A DNA stretch of 64,000 bases from an uncultured Chlamydiales bacterium (GCA_963700985.1 OY969554.1:1024001-1088000), one strand, 5' to 3'; positions 30,523 to 40,549 are shown, counted from the first letter of the stretch. Notes: a model not told the origin generated them from the sequence alone. Translations and numbers: made by a program.

Positions 30523-31020
30523 TTATAAGTATTTTTGCATCATGATCTTTGAGATGTATTCTCCCTGATCTTTAATGAAGTGCGTTTCGACTCCATATTG
30601 AGTGAAACCCATCCGTTGATAAAGATGGATGGCGGGATTTCCTTCATAGACTTCTAAATGGAGGATCTCAATTTTAAATTTCTCTTTGGCAACTTTCATC
30701 AGATAAGAAAGAAGCACAGTTCCAATTCCTTTATTCCGGAATTTTTCGGAAACAATAATAGCAAAAAGGCATTGATGCGCCAACTTTTTATATGGCTGTA
30801 GATAGAGATTGACTATGCCACAAGGCACGCCATCCCATTCGATGGTAAAACAGGCTTCATATTTCGCATACCCTATCCAGATTCGCACAGCATCATCGAC
30901 TTCACGCTCATCGAACATGGGAAACCAGCGAAGAACTCCAGGCTCAAACAGCCAAGTTTTCAGATGCTCGGCATCTTCTGGCTGAGTCAAACGAATATGC
31001 ATATTTGGCGGCATGGTCAT
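30523..31020 (-). CDS. GNAT acetyltransferase
   Basis: RNKGIG, HLEVYEGNPAI.LY..MGF. Confidence 0.9.
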   Translation of the reverse strand: MTMPPNMHIRLTQPEDAEHLKTWLFEPGVLRWFPMFDEREVDDAVRIWIGYAKYEACFTIEWDGVPCGIVNLYLQPYKKLAHQCLFAIIVSEKFRNKGIGTVLLSYLMKVAKEKFKIEILHLEVYEGNPAIHLYQRMGFTQYGVETHFIKDQGEYISKIMMQKYL

Positions 31021-31514
31021 AAAGTGCTCTCGAATAACAGGCGCGCACGGTAACGATCACCTTCTTTTATAAAACGCTCTTGCCTTGCAAACTCTCGAAA
31101 GCCTTGCTTTTGCAGTAAGAAAATGATGGGATTTTCTTCATATACTTCCATGTGCAAGATCTGCAGGCGAAAGTAGTTTTTTGCCAAATGCTTTAGATTT
31201 TTGAGCAGATATGTACCGATTCCTCTTCCTTGATGTTTTGGGTCGACGATCATCTTAAATAGGCAATGATGCGCCACTTTGCGATAAGGCATAAGAAAAA
31301 GTGTGCCGATGGCACAAGGCACATTGTCGATCGTGCACGTTAAACTACAACTCCAGCGGCAGAAGCTAACCCACGCTTGGGCAGCGTCATCTACTTCTTT
31401 TTCTTCCGACATGGGAAACCATTGAAGCATTCCATGTTCTTTCAACCACTCTTTGAGCAGTTGTTCATCTGGAAGCTGGGTGTAGCGCACATCGAGACCG
31501 GATATTTCCTTCAT
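31017..31514 (-). CDS. GNAT acetyltransferase (paralog of neighbour)
   Basis: QGRGIG, HMEVYEENP; shares WFPM..E.EVDDA with the neighbour. Confidence 0.9.
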   Translation of the reverse strand: MKEISGLDVRYTQLPDEQLLKEWLKEHGMLQWFPMSEEKEVDDAAQAWVSFCRWSCSLTCTIDNVPCAIGTLFLMPYRKVAHHCLFKMIVDPKHQGRGIGTYLLKNLKHLAKNYFRLQILHMEVYEENPIIFLLQKQGFREFARQERFIKEGDRYRARLLFESTL

Positions 31515-31534
31515 TTTTACTCACACAAACTCTT

Positions 31535-32630
31535 TTACCCAAACTCTTTTAAATACGCGTTGATGAAATCATCAAGCTCTCCATCCATAACTGCGTGGAT
31601 GTTTCCTACTTCATATTTAGTTCGCGCATCTTTGACAAGCGTATAGGGTTGAAATACATAGCTGCGGATCTGACTTCCCCAGGCGATCTCCTTTTTTTCT
31701 CCCCCGATCTCTTTGATCTTCTCTTGCCTTTCACTAAACTCTTTCTCATAGAGCTTGGCGCGCAAGAGCTTCATACAAGTCTCTTTATTCTGCGTCTGGC
31801 TTCGCTCGCTTTGACAAGAGACCACAATTCCGGAAGCGGCATGTGTAATGCGCACTGCTGAATCGGTTTTATTGACGTGCTGACCACCTGCACCTGAGGC
31901 GCGAAACGTATCTACCCTAATATCCTCTGGCCTGATCTCAATCTTGATCTCATCGCCAATTTCGGGTGTCACATCCACGGATGCAAAGCTCGTATGTCTT
32001 CGCGCATTACTATCAAAGGGAGAGATGCGCACTAGCCGATGCACTCCCTTTTCTGCTTTGCAATATCCATAAGCAAAAGGGCCTGTAATTTTGTACGTAA
32101 CGCTTTTGATGCCGGCCACCTCACCTTCGGACACGTCGAGCATCTCAACTTTCCAACCACGCTTATTCGCCCAGCGCTCATACATGCGCGAAAGCATCAG
32201 AGCCCAATCGCAGGCTTCCGTTCCACCAGCGCCAGAGTTAATACTGAGATAGCAATTTTTGGTGTCTAGCTCGCCTGAGAGCATTTTGCGCACTTCAAGC
32301 TCTGCTAAATTTTTTTCGATCGTCTCAAGCTCAGCATATAAATCTTGCACGAGCTCATGCTCTTCGCAAGCTTCAGCTTCGGGAAGAAGACTGGCTACGT
32401 TATTAAAACGTTCTTTCGTCTCGTTATAAGGAATTGTCCAGGCCTTAAGATCTTTGCTGTCGGAAATGACTTTCTGCGCATTGACGGCATCATCCCAAAA
32501 ATTAGGCGCGGCCATCTGATGTTCTAACTCTTCGACTTTCTTCTCTTTGGAAGCTAAGTCAAAGATACCTCCACATATGAAGAAGTCGATTTTCTATGCT
32601 CTTTAATCGATCTTGTGTCTGTTCGTTCAT
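31535..32630 (-). CDS. prfB: Peptide chain release factor 2 with programmed +1 frameshift
   Basis: ATG at 32630 gives MNEQTQDRLKSIENRLLHMWRYL, then CTT TGA C (32558-32564) preceded by internal SD GGAGGT. The downstream frame has SPF and GGQ motifs. Confidence 0.97.
32558..32572 (-). promoter_or_regulatory. prfB frameshift cassette
   Basis: Minus strand reads GGAGGT AT CTTTGAC. Confidence 0.95.
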
Positions 32631-32743
32631 ATGGGCCCGTTTAAAAAATTCGAATCTGTGATCTTCTGTTTAAGACAGCTTCTAAAGTTATGCAACACAT
32701 CTTAAAAAAAGTCAAAAGCTCCTCTCTATCTTTTCCTCATAAT

Positions 32744-32771
32744 ATCGAAGATCTAGTTTGCAGACACCCTC
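32744..32771. mobile_element. Solo MITE end related to the 40550 element
   Basis: Reverse complement gagggtgtctgcaaactagatcttcgat vs MITE end gagggtgtctacaaactaaaccttcgat; flanked by TTA. Confidence 0.65.
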
Positions 32772-32847
32772 TTAACCTTTCCTTTACAAGAATCGACACC
32801 AAAATCATAATGGTGAAAATTTTACCTTTAAATCAGGAGGATACTAA

Positions 32848-33354
32848 ATGTCATCAATACCTAACGTTGCCGGTCATCAACACGCAGCACTACATCATCT
32901 TCATCAAGAAACTCTTTCCTCAGCCGCTCAAGAAAGTCCAACTTGCTGGCAACAAACAGTAGAGTTTGCTCAAGCTGCAGGTGTTGTAATCAAAGAAGGT
33001 GCAATTCAAGTTGGAACGTGGATTGCTAATCAAACTATGTATGCAGCAGCTTGGTTAAAAGAAGCTTTTTCTTGGCTGGGTCAAGCAATCGTAGAAGTAG
33101 GCACTGCGATTAAAGATTGGGCATTGGCTCTATTTGAATTCCTTTGCGATACTGCTGTAAAGGCGTACGAGTTTGTCGCTCCTCACTTTGCGACTTTATC
33201 AAGAAATATCCGTGACACAGCAATTGAAACCTACCAATTCGTTGTAGATTTCATCAATGCTCATCCTAATGAAACTATCGTTGGCGCTGTTGCCTTAGTT
33301 GCCGGTGTAGTTGCTACGCTTGTTATTGAACGCGTTTGCTGCTGCTGTTGCTAA
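32848..33354 (+). CDS. Hypothetical protein, amphipathic helices plus C-terminal TM and CCCCC tail
   Basis: Strong RBS (aggagg); ends IVGAVALVAGVVATLVIERVCCCCC*. Confidence 0.8.
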   Translation: MSSIPNVAGHQHAALHHLHQETLSSAAQESPTCWQQTVEFAQAAGVVIKEGAIQVGTWIANQTMYAAAWLKEAFSWLGQAIVEVGTAIKDWALALFEFLCDTAVKAYEFVAPHFATLSRNIRDTAIETYQFVVDFINAHPNETIVGAVALVAGVVATLVIERVCCCCC

Positions 33355-33377
33355 GCTGCATCTAAGAGAGAGTTTAC

Positions 33378-33409
33378 AAAATAGGAAGAGCTTTTGCTCT
33401 TCCTATTTT
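33378..33409. terminator. Bidirectional intrinsic terminator
   Basis: aaaataggaagagc-tttt-gctcttcctatttt, a perfect 14-bp stem. Confidence 0.85.
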
Positions 33410-35580
33410 TTTAAGACAATTCGAAAATCTTCGGTTAGAGAGTAGTTCCAAAACCAACTCGGTTTGGATATGCTTTCTTGTGTGAAGGTGAGTTTTCCAC
33501 CCAACATTTTTGCTGTAAGACGCATGCCATCTTCAACTTCGATGTTCATGGGACCATTGAAGGTCACATCTTCAGCATAGAACTCTCCGCTTCCTAAAAT
33601 AGAGATACGGCACTCTTCTGTACGTATGATCTCTTTTTTCCAGAAGGTATGCTTCCCCTGCCAATCAATTCCAAGATTGCGCACACGTACGTTATTTAGC
33701 ACACACTTGCCCGCTTTTTCAGAATAAGCAAGCACACCCTTGCTATCGCAATGACCTAAGGGAGATTTGGCGATGATTGAAAGACTTCCATCTAGATCCA
33801 AATTAACCACATCAGCCTCAGTAAGCTCTAGGCGCAATTCGCTGCCAGATGTAATCCTTCCTCCGCGCACTTTTTGGGTGATTACAGAGTAAAGAGGGCC
33901 AAGCGCAGGATGGTAAGAAAAAAGAAAAGGAAATGGCACTGCTTTTGGAGACTTGATGAATTCCATTTTGCATCCTTCGATCAGCAGCTGGCGAGCATTT
34001 TCCATCATATCTAAGAAACAGCCCTCGGGCGTTTCGTTAAGCGGGCTGCCTGCTGTAAACTCGCGCTTGACCGTTGAAATGGTTTTTCTGCGCTGATTGA
34101 AGGTGAGGAAAGTATTAAATTCTTGTTTGCGTCTGCCTTTAGGAAGAGGCCGAGGAAAGGATTGCACAAAACAGTCCGCGATATTCTGCATAGTTGACTC
34201 AAGCCGCGCAACTTCCTCTTCCACCAGCGTATCTTCTTTTCGGTAAACCACCTTCTTTGGATTGATCACAACACCTGGAAAAGGACAAGCATCAACCGCA
34301 CGGCTGACTCCTAATAAATCGACGAATAAGATGTTCGTGTTCGATGAGAATTTGGAGCGTTCCGGGTCTTTTTTCTCGGTCTGATCAACTAACCGACACT
34401 TGTGAAAGTCGCAATACTCGATATTTGTGAGCACATATTCCACCGATTCTTCCATTTTGCGTTCGAGCAGAACGTTGATCCCTTCCATTGCGCCAACTTT
34501 TCGCGGACAGGAGGCAAAACCAAACACTTTGTCTTCTTTGCAGCCAAAACCCGTAAATGCAAGCAATCCATAATCAGTGCCTGCAATGGGATTATTGATC
34601 TGTCTTACTAACGCCTTTTTCTTTCCCTGAGACATGAGCCATTCGAATGTCTTGCTATCGCGAGCCAACTTCCAAATCACTCCATGTCCACCCGGCTTCA
34701 TCAATAATTGCAGCGGCCCTTGCATACACCACTGTCCTTTGGTATTCATGGAAGGCACAGCAGGCTGAGAAAAAAAACGGAAAGAGTTTTTCGGACGTCC
34801 AAACCAGCTATGTGTTTCACAGATCGATAAAATTTGAGCGTGATTGTCTTTTTCTTGAGAGGTCATCATCACAACGGGCGTGCACAGTTGCTTGCCGAAT
34901 AGCTTATAATGCAAATATTCACGCGCTTGGAGATCTCGAATCATGCCCTCTAAAAGTGTCATGCCACCAAATGGAAGTTTGGCAGCAGGTAGAGGAATGC
35001 CCGTTCTCATATCCTGCAAATTTAAACGATCTGCGGCTCCGCCTACGGGGTAGATCTCAGCCATCTCGGCGATTTTTTCGATGCCGATGACAATAGCCTC
35101 TCTTACTTCTTTAGTCTCTTCGGAAATATCGATTCCTTCCGGAGCGTGATAGTTCGCAGTTAATGGTAATGTAGCTGGCGTTTCGCTTTCGAACATGCAG
35201 CGCAGCATGAGAAAATGGTAACCGACAATTCCGCCCACTTCGCGATAGAAATGCTCTACGGCAAGCAGCTCTTCAACGAGCGCATGTAGTTTCTGAAATG
35301 CCGCTGGATCTCTAGCAGGAAAATCAAAAACACGTTCGCCTTGATCAATAGCAATCACAGCTTTGATCACCAGCTCGAACTCTTTGGAAACTCCGCCTAA
35401 AAAACTGCGCAAGATGCTGGGTTGACACAAAAATTCTTCGACGCGTGGAAAAGCATTTAGAATTTCAACTTTCTCATCGAGAGATGTTGCTAATTTTAGC
35501 TTTTCAACAAGCGAAGAAAGGAGCACAAATTCCCCCTTCAAAGACCCCGTTTCTTGCAAAATATCAGTACTCGTAACCAT
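33403..35580 (-). CDS. UTP-glucose-1-phosphate uridylyltransferase (plant UGP3-like)
   Basis: YPVGGAADRL, PLPAA, KPGGHGVIWKL, RQINNP, ARLESTMQNIAD and HPALGPL motifs; start taken at MVTSTD. Confidence 0.85.
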   Translation of the reverse strand: MVTSTDILQETGSLKGEFVLLSSLVEKLKLATSLDEKVEILNAFPRVEEFLCQPSILRSFLGGVSKEFELVIKAVIAIDQGERVFDFPARDPAAFQKLHALVEELLAVEHFYREVGGIVGYHFLMLRCMFESETPATLPLTANYHAPEGIDISEETKEVREAIVIGIEKIAEMAEIYPVGGAADRLNLQDMRTGIPLPAAKLPFGGMTLLEGMIRDLQAREYLHYKLFGKQLCTPVVMMTSQEKDNHAQILSICETHSWFGRPKNSFRFFSQPAVPSMNTKGQWCMQGPLQLLMKPGGHGVIWKLARDSKTFEWLMSQGKKKALVRQINNPIAGTDYGLLAFTGFGCKEDKVFGFASCPRKVGAMEGINVLLERKMEESVEYVLTNIEYCDFHKCRLVDQTEKKDPERSKFSSNTNILFVDLLGVSRAVDACPFPGVVINPKKVVYRKEDTLVEEEVARLESTMQNIADCFVQSFPRPLPKGRRKQEFNTFLTFNQRRKTISTVKREFTAGSPLNETPEGCFLDMMENARQLLIEGCKMEFIKSPKAVPFPFLFSYHPALGPLYSVITQKVRGGRITSGSELRLELTEADVVNLDLDGSLSIIAKSPLGHCDSKGVLAYSEKAGKCVLNNVRVRNLGIDWQGKHTFWKKEIIRTEECRISILGSGEFYAEDVTFNGPMNIEVEDGMRLTAKMLGGKLTFTQESISKPSWFWNYSLTEDFRIVLKK

Positions 35581-35919
35581 GAAAAACACCTTGCCATTCT
35601 GCGCCGCTAAAAGGCAAGTATTTCCTGGAGTGTATGCTAAAGATTTTAAACGTCCGAATGTAAAAAATTTTAAGATTCTAGGTGCTTTCATCGATTTTTT
35701 TTGACTATAATGTCTCGAGAGAGATACAACAGTCTTTCGAGGAAAAAACTCAACAACCCTCGAGAGTCTATCCATAAAAGTTCTGTTTACTTTAAGGATA
35801 GATCCTTATGGTGAGTGCCGGAGGCAGTAGCTTCCCGAAGCACTTGATATATAAGCAATCCAACTTGGTTCTTAAAATCAGGTAGCAAGTTGGGCAAAGC
35901 ATTTTAAAGGAGAATCCAC

Positions 35920-36177
35920 ATGGCAAAAGAGAAAAAATCTAAATTCATGCAGCCAATGAAAGTTAGCGAAGAACTCGCAGCTGTTGTTGGTAGAGGTCCA
36001 ATGCCTCGCACAGAAGTAACAAAAAAACTGTGGGCCTACATTAAAGCGCACAAAAGACAAGATCCTAGCAACAAGCGTAACATCCTTCCAGATGAGAAAC
36101 TCGCTAAAGTTTTAGGAAACAAAAAAGCTGTCAACATGTTTGAAATGACCAAACTTGTTAGCGCTCACCTTTCTTAA
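35920..36177 (+). CDS. Stand-alone SWIB/MDM2-domain protein
   Basis: MPRTEVTKKLWAYIK...QDP.NKR.I.PDEKL...MFEMTKLVS.H. Confidence 0.95.
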   Translation: MAKEKKSKFMQPMKVSEELAAVVGRGPMPRTEVTKKLWAYIKAHKRQDPSNKRNILPDEKLAKVLGNKKAVNMFEMTKLVSAHLS

Positions 36178-36184
36178 TTTCTCC

Positions 36185-36219
36185 GATGTAGAATGCAGCT
36201 TATAGCTGCATTCTACATC
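36185..36219 (+). terminator. Perfect 16-bp hairpin after SWIB gene
   Basis: gatgtagaatgcagct-tat-agctgcattctacatc. Confidence 0.7.
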
Positions 36220-36240
36220 TTAGTTTTTGCATCTTAGCTT

Positions 36241-36936
36241 TTGAATATGCCTTATTCCACACCACTTTCTAAATCTCTTTCCATATCAGTGGTTCTGCTT
36301 GCCGGCGGAATAGGGTCTCGCATGAAAGCAAGCACACCTAAGCAGTTTCTTTCTCTCAATGATAAACCCGTAGCCTTACATAGCTTCGAGCTCTTTGCTT
36401 CTCTTGAAGAAATCTCAGAGATCATTGTTGTTTGCGACTCCCAATATCATTCGCTCTTTCCTTCAACTGTAACCTTTGCACTGCCAGGTGCACGTAGGCA
36501 AGACTCGCTTTATAATGGCCTGCAAAAAATTTCTAGCCTATGCGACCTCGTCTGTGTACATGATGCCGCACGCCCTCTTCTCCAAAAAAATGATTTACAG
36601 ACTCTTCTTGCAGAAGCTTCAAACCATCGCGCTGCCGCACTAGCCATGCCGGTGAAATGCACGATTAAGCAAGCCGACGCCCAAGGATTTGTCACCAGCA
36701 CACTCGATCGCTCTACTCTCTGGGAAATGCAAACTCCCCAAGTTGCCACACCAGCGCTTCTTGCCGAGGGATTAAAAATTGCTCAGGCAAAAAATCTCAC
36801 CATAACCGATGAAGCAGCCTTGGTAGAATTGACCGGCCACGCAGTTAAACTCGTGACTGGCTCCTATTCTAATATCAAAATCACGACGCCCGAAGACTGG
36901 GCGCTTATTGAAACTCTGTCTGCGTCATATGTTTAG
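36241..36936 (+). CDS. ispD: 2-C-methyl-D-erythritol 4-phosphate cytidylyltransferase
   Basis: LAGGIGSRM, KQFL, VHDAARP, QTPQ and NIKITTPED motifs. Confidence 0.96.
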   Translation: MNMPYSTPLSKSLSISVVLLAGGIGSRMKASTPKQFLSLNDKPVALHSFELFASLEEISEIIVVCDSQYHSLFPSTVTFALPGARRQDSLYNGLQKISSLCDLVCVHDAARPLLQKNDLQTLLAEASNHRAAALAMPVKCTIKQADAQGFVTSTLDRSTLWEMQTPQVATPALLAEGLKIAQAKNLTITDEAALVELTGHAVKLVTGSYSNIKITTPEDWALIETLSASYV

Positions 36937-37672
36937 ATATAAGATTATTCTAGCCTATGACGGCACAAACTATGGAGGCTGGCAAGTACAGCCGAATGCC
37001 ACCTCTATTCAGTTTCTTGTGCAACAAGCTTTATCCACCATCCTACGCGTGCAAACGCATGTTTCTGGCTCAGGGCGTACGGATGCTGGCGTACACGCAC
37101 TGGCACAGACAGCACACTTCAACAGTGATGCACCTATCGACACACATCGCCTGCTGGCCTCTTTAAATGGCCTTCTACCTCAAGACATCCGCATCAAGAG
37201 CATCGAAGAGGCGCCTGCCACCTTCCATGCGCGTTTTGATGCCGTAGGCAAGATCTACCACTACCACTTGCATTTAGGCCGCGTTTTAGATCCTCTCAAA
37301 CGTCTTTATGCTACGCATATCCACCATGAATTAGATTTATCACAGCTCAAACAGGCTTGCTCCTTCTTCCTCGGCACACATGATTTTACCTCTTTTGCAA
37401 ATGAAGCCCATCGCGGTGCGGCGGCGCGCAACGCCGTCCGAACGCTTCAACGCTTGGATGTTGTACCAATCGAGGGTGGAATACGTTTAGAATTTGAAGC
37501 TAATGGCTTTCTGTATAAAATGGTGCGCAACATTACCGGCGCGCTTTTAGAAGTAGGTAAACAGCGCCTGGCGCCTGAAAAAATTCAGGAAATCCTGATG
37601 AGCAAAGATCGCAAAAAAGCCCCTGCCGTAGCCCCGCCACAAGGCCTCTTTCTCGTCCAAGTCAACTATTAA
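36929..37672 (+). CDS. truA: tRNA pseudouridine(38-40) synthase
   Basis: YDGTNYGGWQ, GRTDAGVHA, GTHDF, FLYKMVR and APPQGL motifs. Confidence 0.97.
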   Translation: MFRYKIILAYDGTNYGGWQVQPNATSIQFLVQQALSTILRVQTHVSGSGRTDAGVHALAQTAHFNSDAPIDTHRLLASLNGLLPQDIRIKSIEEAPATFHARFDAVGKIYHYHLHLGRVLDPLKRLYATHIHHELDLSQLKQACSFFLGTHDFTSFANEAHRGAAARNAVRTLQRLDVVPIEGGIRLEFEANGFLYKMVRNITGALLEVGKQRLAPEKIQEILMSKDRKKAPAVAPPQGLFLVQVNY

Positions 37673-37684
37673 AATGGAGTCATC

Positions 37685-38809
37685 ATGGCAACAGCACCTC
37701 GAGTGAACATATGCGACCTAAATGAAATTTACTCAAAAATTGCATATACCCTTCCACGGGAAACGCTTGAGTCCTATTTGGATGGAAAGGCTTTTGATAA
37801 TAAAACGAGTTATTCCCCCGAAAAAAGAGCAGCGCTTGAGAGAGATATCATCAATATTTTTGATAGGCAAAGCTATAGAGCAAAACTTCTTCATGCGGTC
37901 ATCTCAAATGGCGCTCCGGGTTGTGGAAAAACTGTTCTAATGTGTGCGGATCTACAAAAGACAAAAGATTCTGGTGAATTAGGTTTCTCTTATACCGATC
38001 CAGATGATGTCTGTTTAAAAGGGATGACAGAAACTTACCAAGCTGAGCTACAAGAGGCTCTTTCATCTTTAAATGCCCAAGAATTTGAATCACAAGCAGC
38101 AAGAATGGCAGCTGAAAAAAGCGTCCGCGTGGAACTTTATAATAGATGGCGTCCAGGTTCAAATGCTGCTAACCACATCATCCTCGCGCATCTAATCATG
38201 AATCAATTTGCATTTTATTTTGGAACCACCGCAACCGGCCCACAAACTCACCTATTCCTTAAGCTTCTCAAGGATACCGGTTATCACCTTAGACACTTGC
38301 ACCTTACTGCAAGCGACGAGGTTCGCTGGGGTTCTGTTCAAGAGCGAGATAAGACATTTGTGCAGACCACTGAAGTCGATATCCGTGAAAAAGGAAAGCT
38401 TTTCCCACAGCGTATCGCTGATACTTATATGAAATATGCCGATGTGATTGAATTCTATCACCGTGCAAAGGTTGATCAGACGGCTGTTTTAGGCGCAACT
38501 TGGGTAAGAAATGGCCAGACAGAAAATGGTAAACTCACCATTCATAATCCTGAAGCTTATGCACAAATCAAGACTGTTCACGATGTTGCCTGCGAGGCAT
38601 TAGGAAGAAAAGACATCCTTTGGAAAGACGCCGTCGAAAAACACTCAGAATTTGTACCACCCCCGCCCCCAGCTCCTGAAGCTGGCTATTGCGCTTGCCT
38701 TGAAAACTTTCTCCCTTCTTGGCTATTGGGAGTATTTGAAAGCGTTGCGGTCTGTATCGCATCGCTTGTGCAAGGCGTTCGAGGCTGGTTCGTCACATCA
38801 AATGCTTAA
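37685..38809 (+). CDS. Zeta-toxin-like P-loop kinase with amphipathic C-terminal tail
   Basis: NGAPGCGKT, YTDPDD, FGTTA, GY..HL and R...ER motifs. Confidence 0.65.
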   Translation: MATAPRVNICDLNEIYSKIAYTLPRETLESYLDGKAFDNKTSYSPEKRAALERDIINIFDRQSYRAKLLHAVISNGAPGCGKTVLMCADLQKTKDSGELGFSYTDPDDVCLKGMTETYQAELQEALSSLNAQEFESQAARMAAEKSVRVELYNRWRPGSNAANHIILAHLIMNQFAFYFGTTATGPQTHLFLKLLKDTGYHLRHLHLTASDEVRWGSVQERDKTFVQTTEVDIREKGKLFPQRIADTYMKYADVIEFYHRAKVDQTAVLGATWVRNGQTENGKLTIHNPEAYAQIKTVHDVACEALGRKDILWKDAVEKHSEFVPPPPPAPEAGYCACLENFLPSWLLGVFESVAVCIASLVQGVRGWFVTSNA

Positions 38810-39489
38810 AAACCTGTAGAAGGAATCTCTTCGAAGGATTCGAAGTGGATGATGCCTTTGGGCAGTATCTTAGATTGCGGATGTGCAAGGGGTGCAATCA
38901 GTACCCCTTTAACTCCAGCGCCTGTTAGCGCTTGAAACCCACGCAGAGAATCCTCAAAACCGATCACTCGATCTTGCGGAACCGCCAGCTGCATCACAGC
39001 CTTTTGGTAACATTCCGGATCTGGCTTGGCATGCGTGTAAAACTCACGCGTGATCCAGTGCGCAATAGAGCCCAGCTCTGGCAAAAGCTCCTTAATGCGC
39101 TCGATCTGCTCAGCTGTAGAATTCGTCACCACACACCGCTTGATATTCGCTTGTTCGAGTGCTTTTAAAAGCGGCGCCACTCCAGGCATTAGCGCAAGCT
39201 TGCCGGATTTCAGCAGCTGCATATAGGCTTGTTTCTTTTCAGCATAGAGCACTTCCCATTTAGGCTCTTGTGCATGTAACTCAGGAAACTCGGCATAAAT
39301 CGCATCGCGTAGGCCTGTTGCATTAAAATGCGCTGCCCCAAAGAAACGATGCAGCGTCCATTTCAATTCAAAGCCGCGCTGCTTGCACATTTGCACATAA
39401 GCGGCAAAGTGCAGCTCTTCTGTATTTACCAGCAGCCCGTCAAAGTCAAAAAGAAAGAGCTGGTAATTATGAATCCACTTCAAAGACAT
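38806..39489 (-). CDS. HAD-family phosphatase
   Basis: FDFDGLLVNTE, VTNS, KPDP and FEDS motifs. Confidence 0.93.
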   Translation of the reverse strand: MSLKWIHNYQLFLFDFDGLLVNTEELHFAAYVQMCKQRGFELKWTLHRFFGAAHFNATGLRDAIYAEFPELHAQEPKWEVLYAEKKQAYMQLLKSGKLALMPGVAPLLKALEQANIKRCVVTNSTAEQIERIKELLPELGSIAHWITREFYTHAKPDPECYQKAVMQLAVPQDRVIGFEDSLRGFQALTGAGVKGVLIAPLAHPQSKILPKGIIHFESFEEIPSTGF

Positions 39490-39557
39490 AGAAGAAGCCT
39501 AGTATTTAAAAACAATAACTATACCCCATTGGCCTCTTAAGCAGTATCGAAAAAATG

Positions 39558-39587
39558 TTTACTTTCAACTGCAAGTCATGCTATAAA
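39558..39587 (+). promoter_or_regulatory. Putative sigma66 promoter with extended -10
   Basis: TTTACT-18nt-TATAAA with TGn. The paralog at 40872 has TGtTATAAT followed by the same tttcgct. Confidence 0.4.
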
Positions 39588-39617
39588 TTTTTCGCTTTAC
39601 ATAAGGAGGCATCTATT

Positions 39618-40442
39618 ATGAGCGCTATTCAACCCAACCCATTGATTCAACCACAAACACATACTGATCAGCCGCCGCTGGAAGATTTTACGCCGCCACA
39701 ACCCCAAACTCAGCCGGTACAGGACACAATCGCTCCAGCAAACACGCAAAATGAAAGACCACTTCCTCCTGATGAAACACCTGAAGAAGGTGGCTATTTT
39801 TCCTGTTTGGCAAACCTGCCGCCCTGCTGCCTCATAAGCACCATCTTTAAAGGCATCGGTTCTTGCTTTTCTTACCTAATCAACACAGTGTTATGCTGTT
39901 TCGGCTATCGAGCAGAAGCAAGACCAGAATTCGAGAAGATTAATGCGCAAACCGCAGCCAATCTTGGCCCTTTAGCTAATGGATTAGAAAAATGGAAAGA
40001 TGTATGGGATAACTTTAGATTTCCTTGCGCCGTCACAGCTGTAGTTAAACTCGCTAGAGCTGCCGGTGGAGAGCCAATCCATTTCGAACACCAATCCCAA
40101 TACGCGCGCAAAGAAGATTTTACTCTTTATGTAGATGCGATCAATCTCTTTGCCCAAGACATATCTGCCAACACCATTCCATTAACCGTTAACGATGGGC
40201 TAAAAATTGCGATCCTTGCTACGCATGATGTTAGCGAGCAAGAATGCGACTATTATTGTCAGTTGGATGATGACATTACCCAAGGACCTAAAACTAGAGA
40301 AGCGGTAATGAATTTGGTGAGTGAAGAGCATCCATTCGTAGGAGCTTATTTAAGTAGAGATAAGCTGTTCTACAACCCTGTCGTGACAGAGAAACCAGCT
40401 GATGAAACACCGGCAGAGACAGACACAGAAACTGAGGTCTAA
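39618..40442 (+). CDS. Hypothetical protein, paralog A (candidate secreted effector)
   Basis: RBS aaggagg; P/Q/T-rich N-terminus; WK..NF.FPCA.TAVVK shared with 40872. Confidence 0.8.
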   Translation: MSAIQPNPLIQPQTHTDQPPLEDFTPPQPQTQPVQDTIAPANTQNERPLPPDETPEEGGYFSCLANLPPCCLISTIFKGIGSCFSYLINTVLCCFGYRAEARPEFEKINAQTAANLGPLANGLEKWKDVWDNFRFPCAVTAVVKLARAAGGEPIHFEHQSQYARKEDFTLYVDAINLFAQDISANTIPLTVNDGLKIAILATHDVSEQECDYYCQLDDDITQGPKTREAVMNLVSEEHPFVGAYLSRDKLFYNPVVTEKPADETPAETDTETEV

Positions 40443-40465
40443 TCTAGCTATCTCAGCTGCTAATT

Positions 40466-40490
40466 AAGGGGCCTTAACCGGCCCTTTTTT
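40466..40490 (+). terminator. Intrinsic terminator
   Basis: aaggggcc-ttaacc-ggcccttttt. Confidence 0.75.
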
Positions 40491-40549
40491 CTCTCTTAAA
40501 ATCCACATTTTTAACCTCTTACGCATTTTTTACAAAATTAAAACATTTA

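Noticed and set aside
35581-35775. N-terminal extension of the uridylyltransferase
   Set aside because: It runs through AT-rich promoter-like DNA, so the later ATG is more plausible. The same reasoning applies to the extensions at 27097, 39555, 42380, 52101, 54427 and 58946.
19193-36177. Plant-like acyltransferase, UGP3-like enzyme and SWIB as novel eukaryotic transfers
   Set aside because: These are already established features of Chlamydiae.
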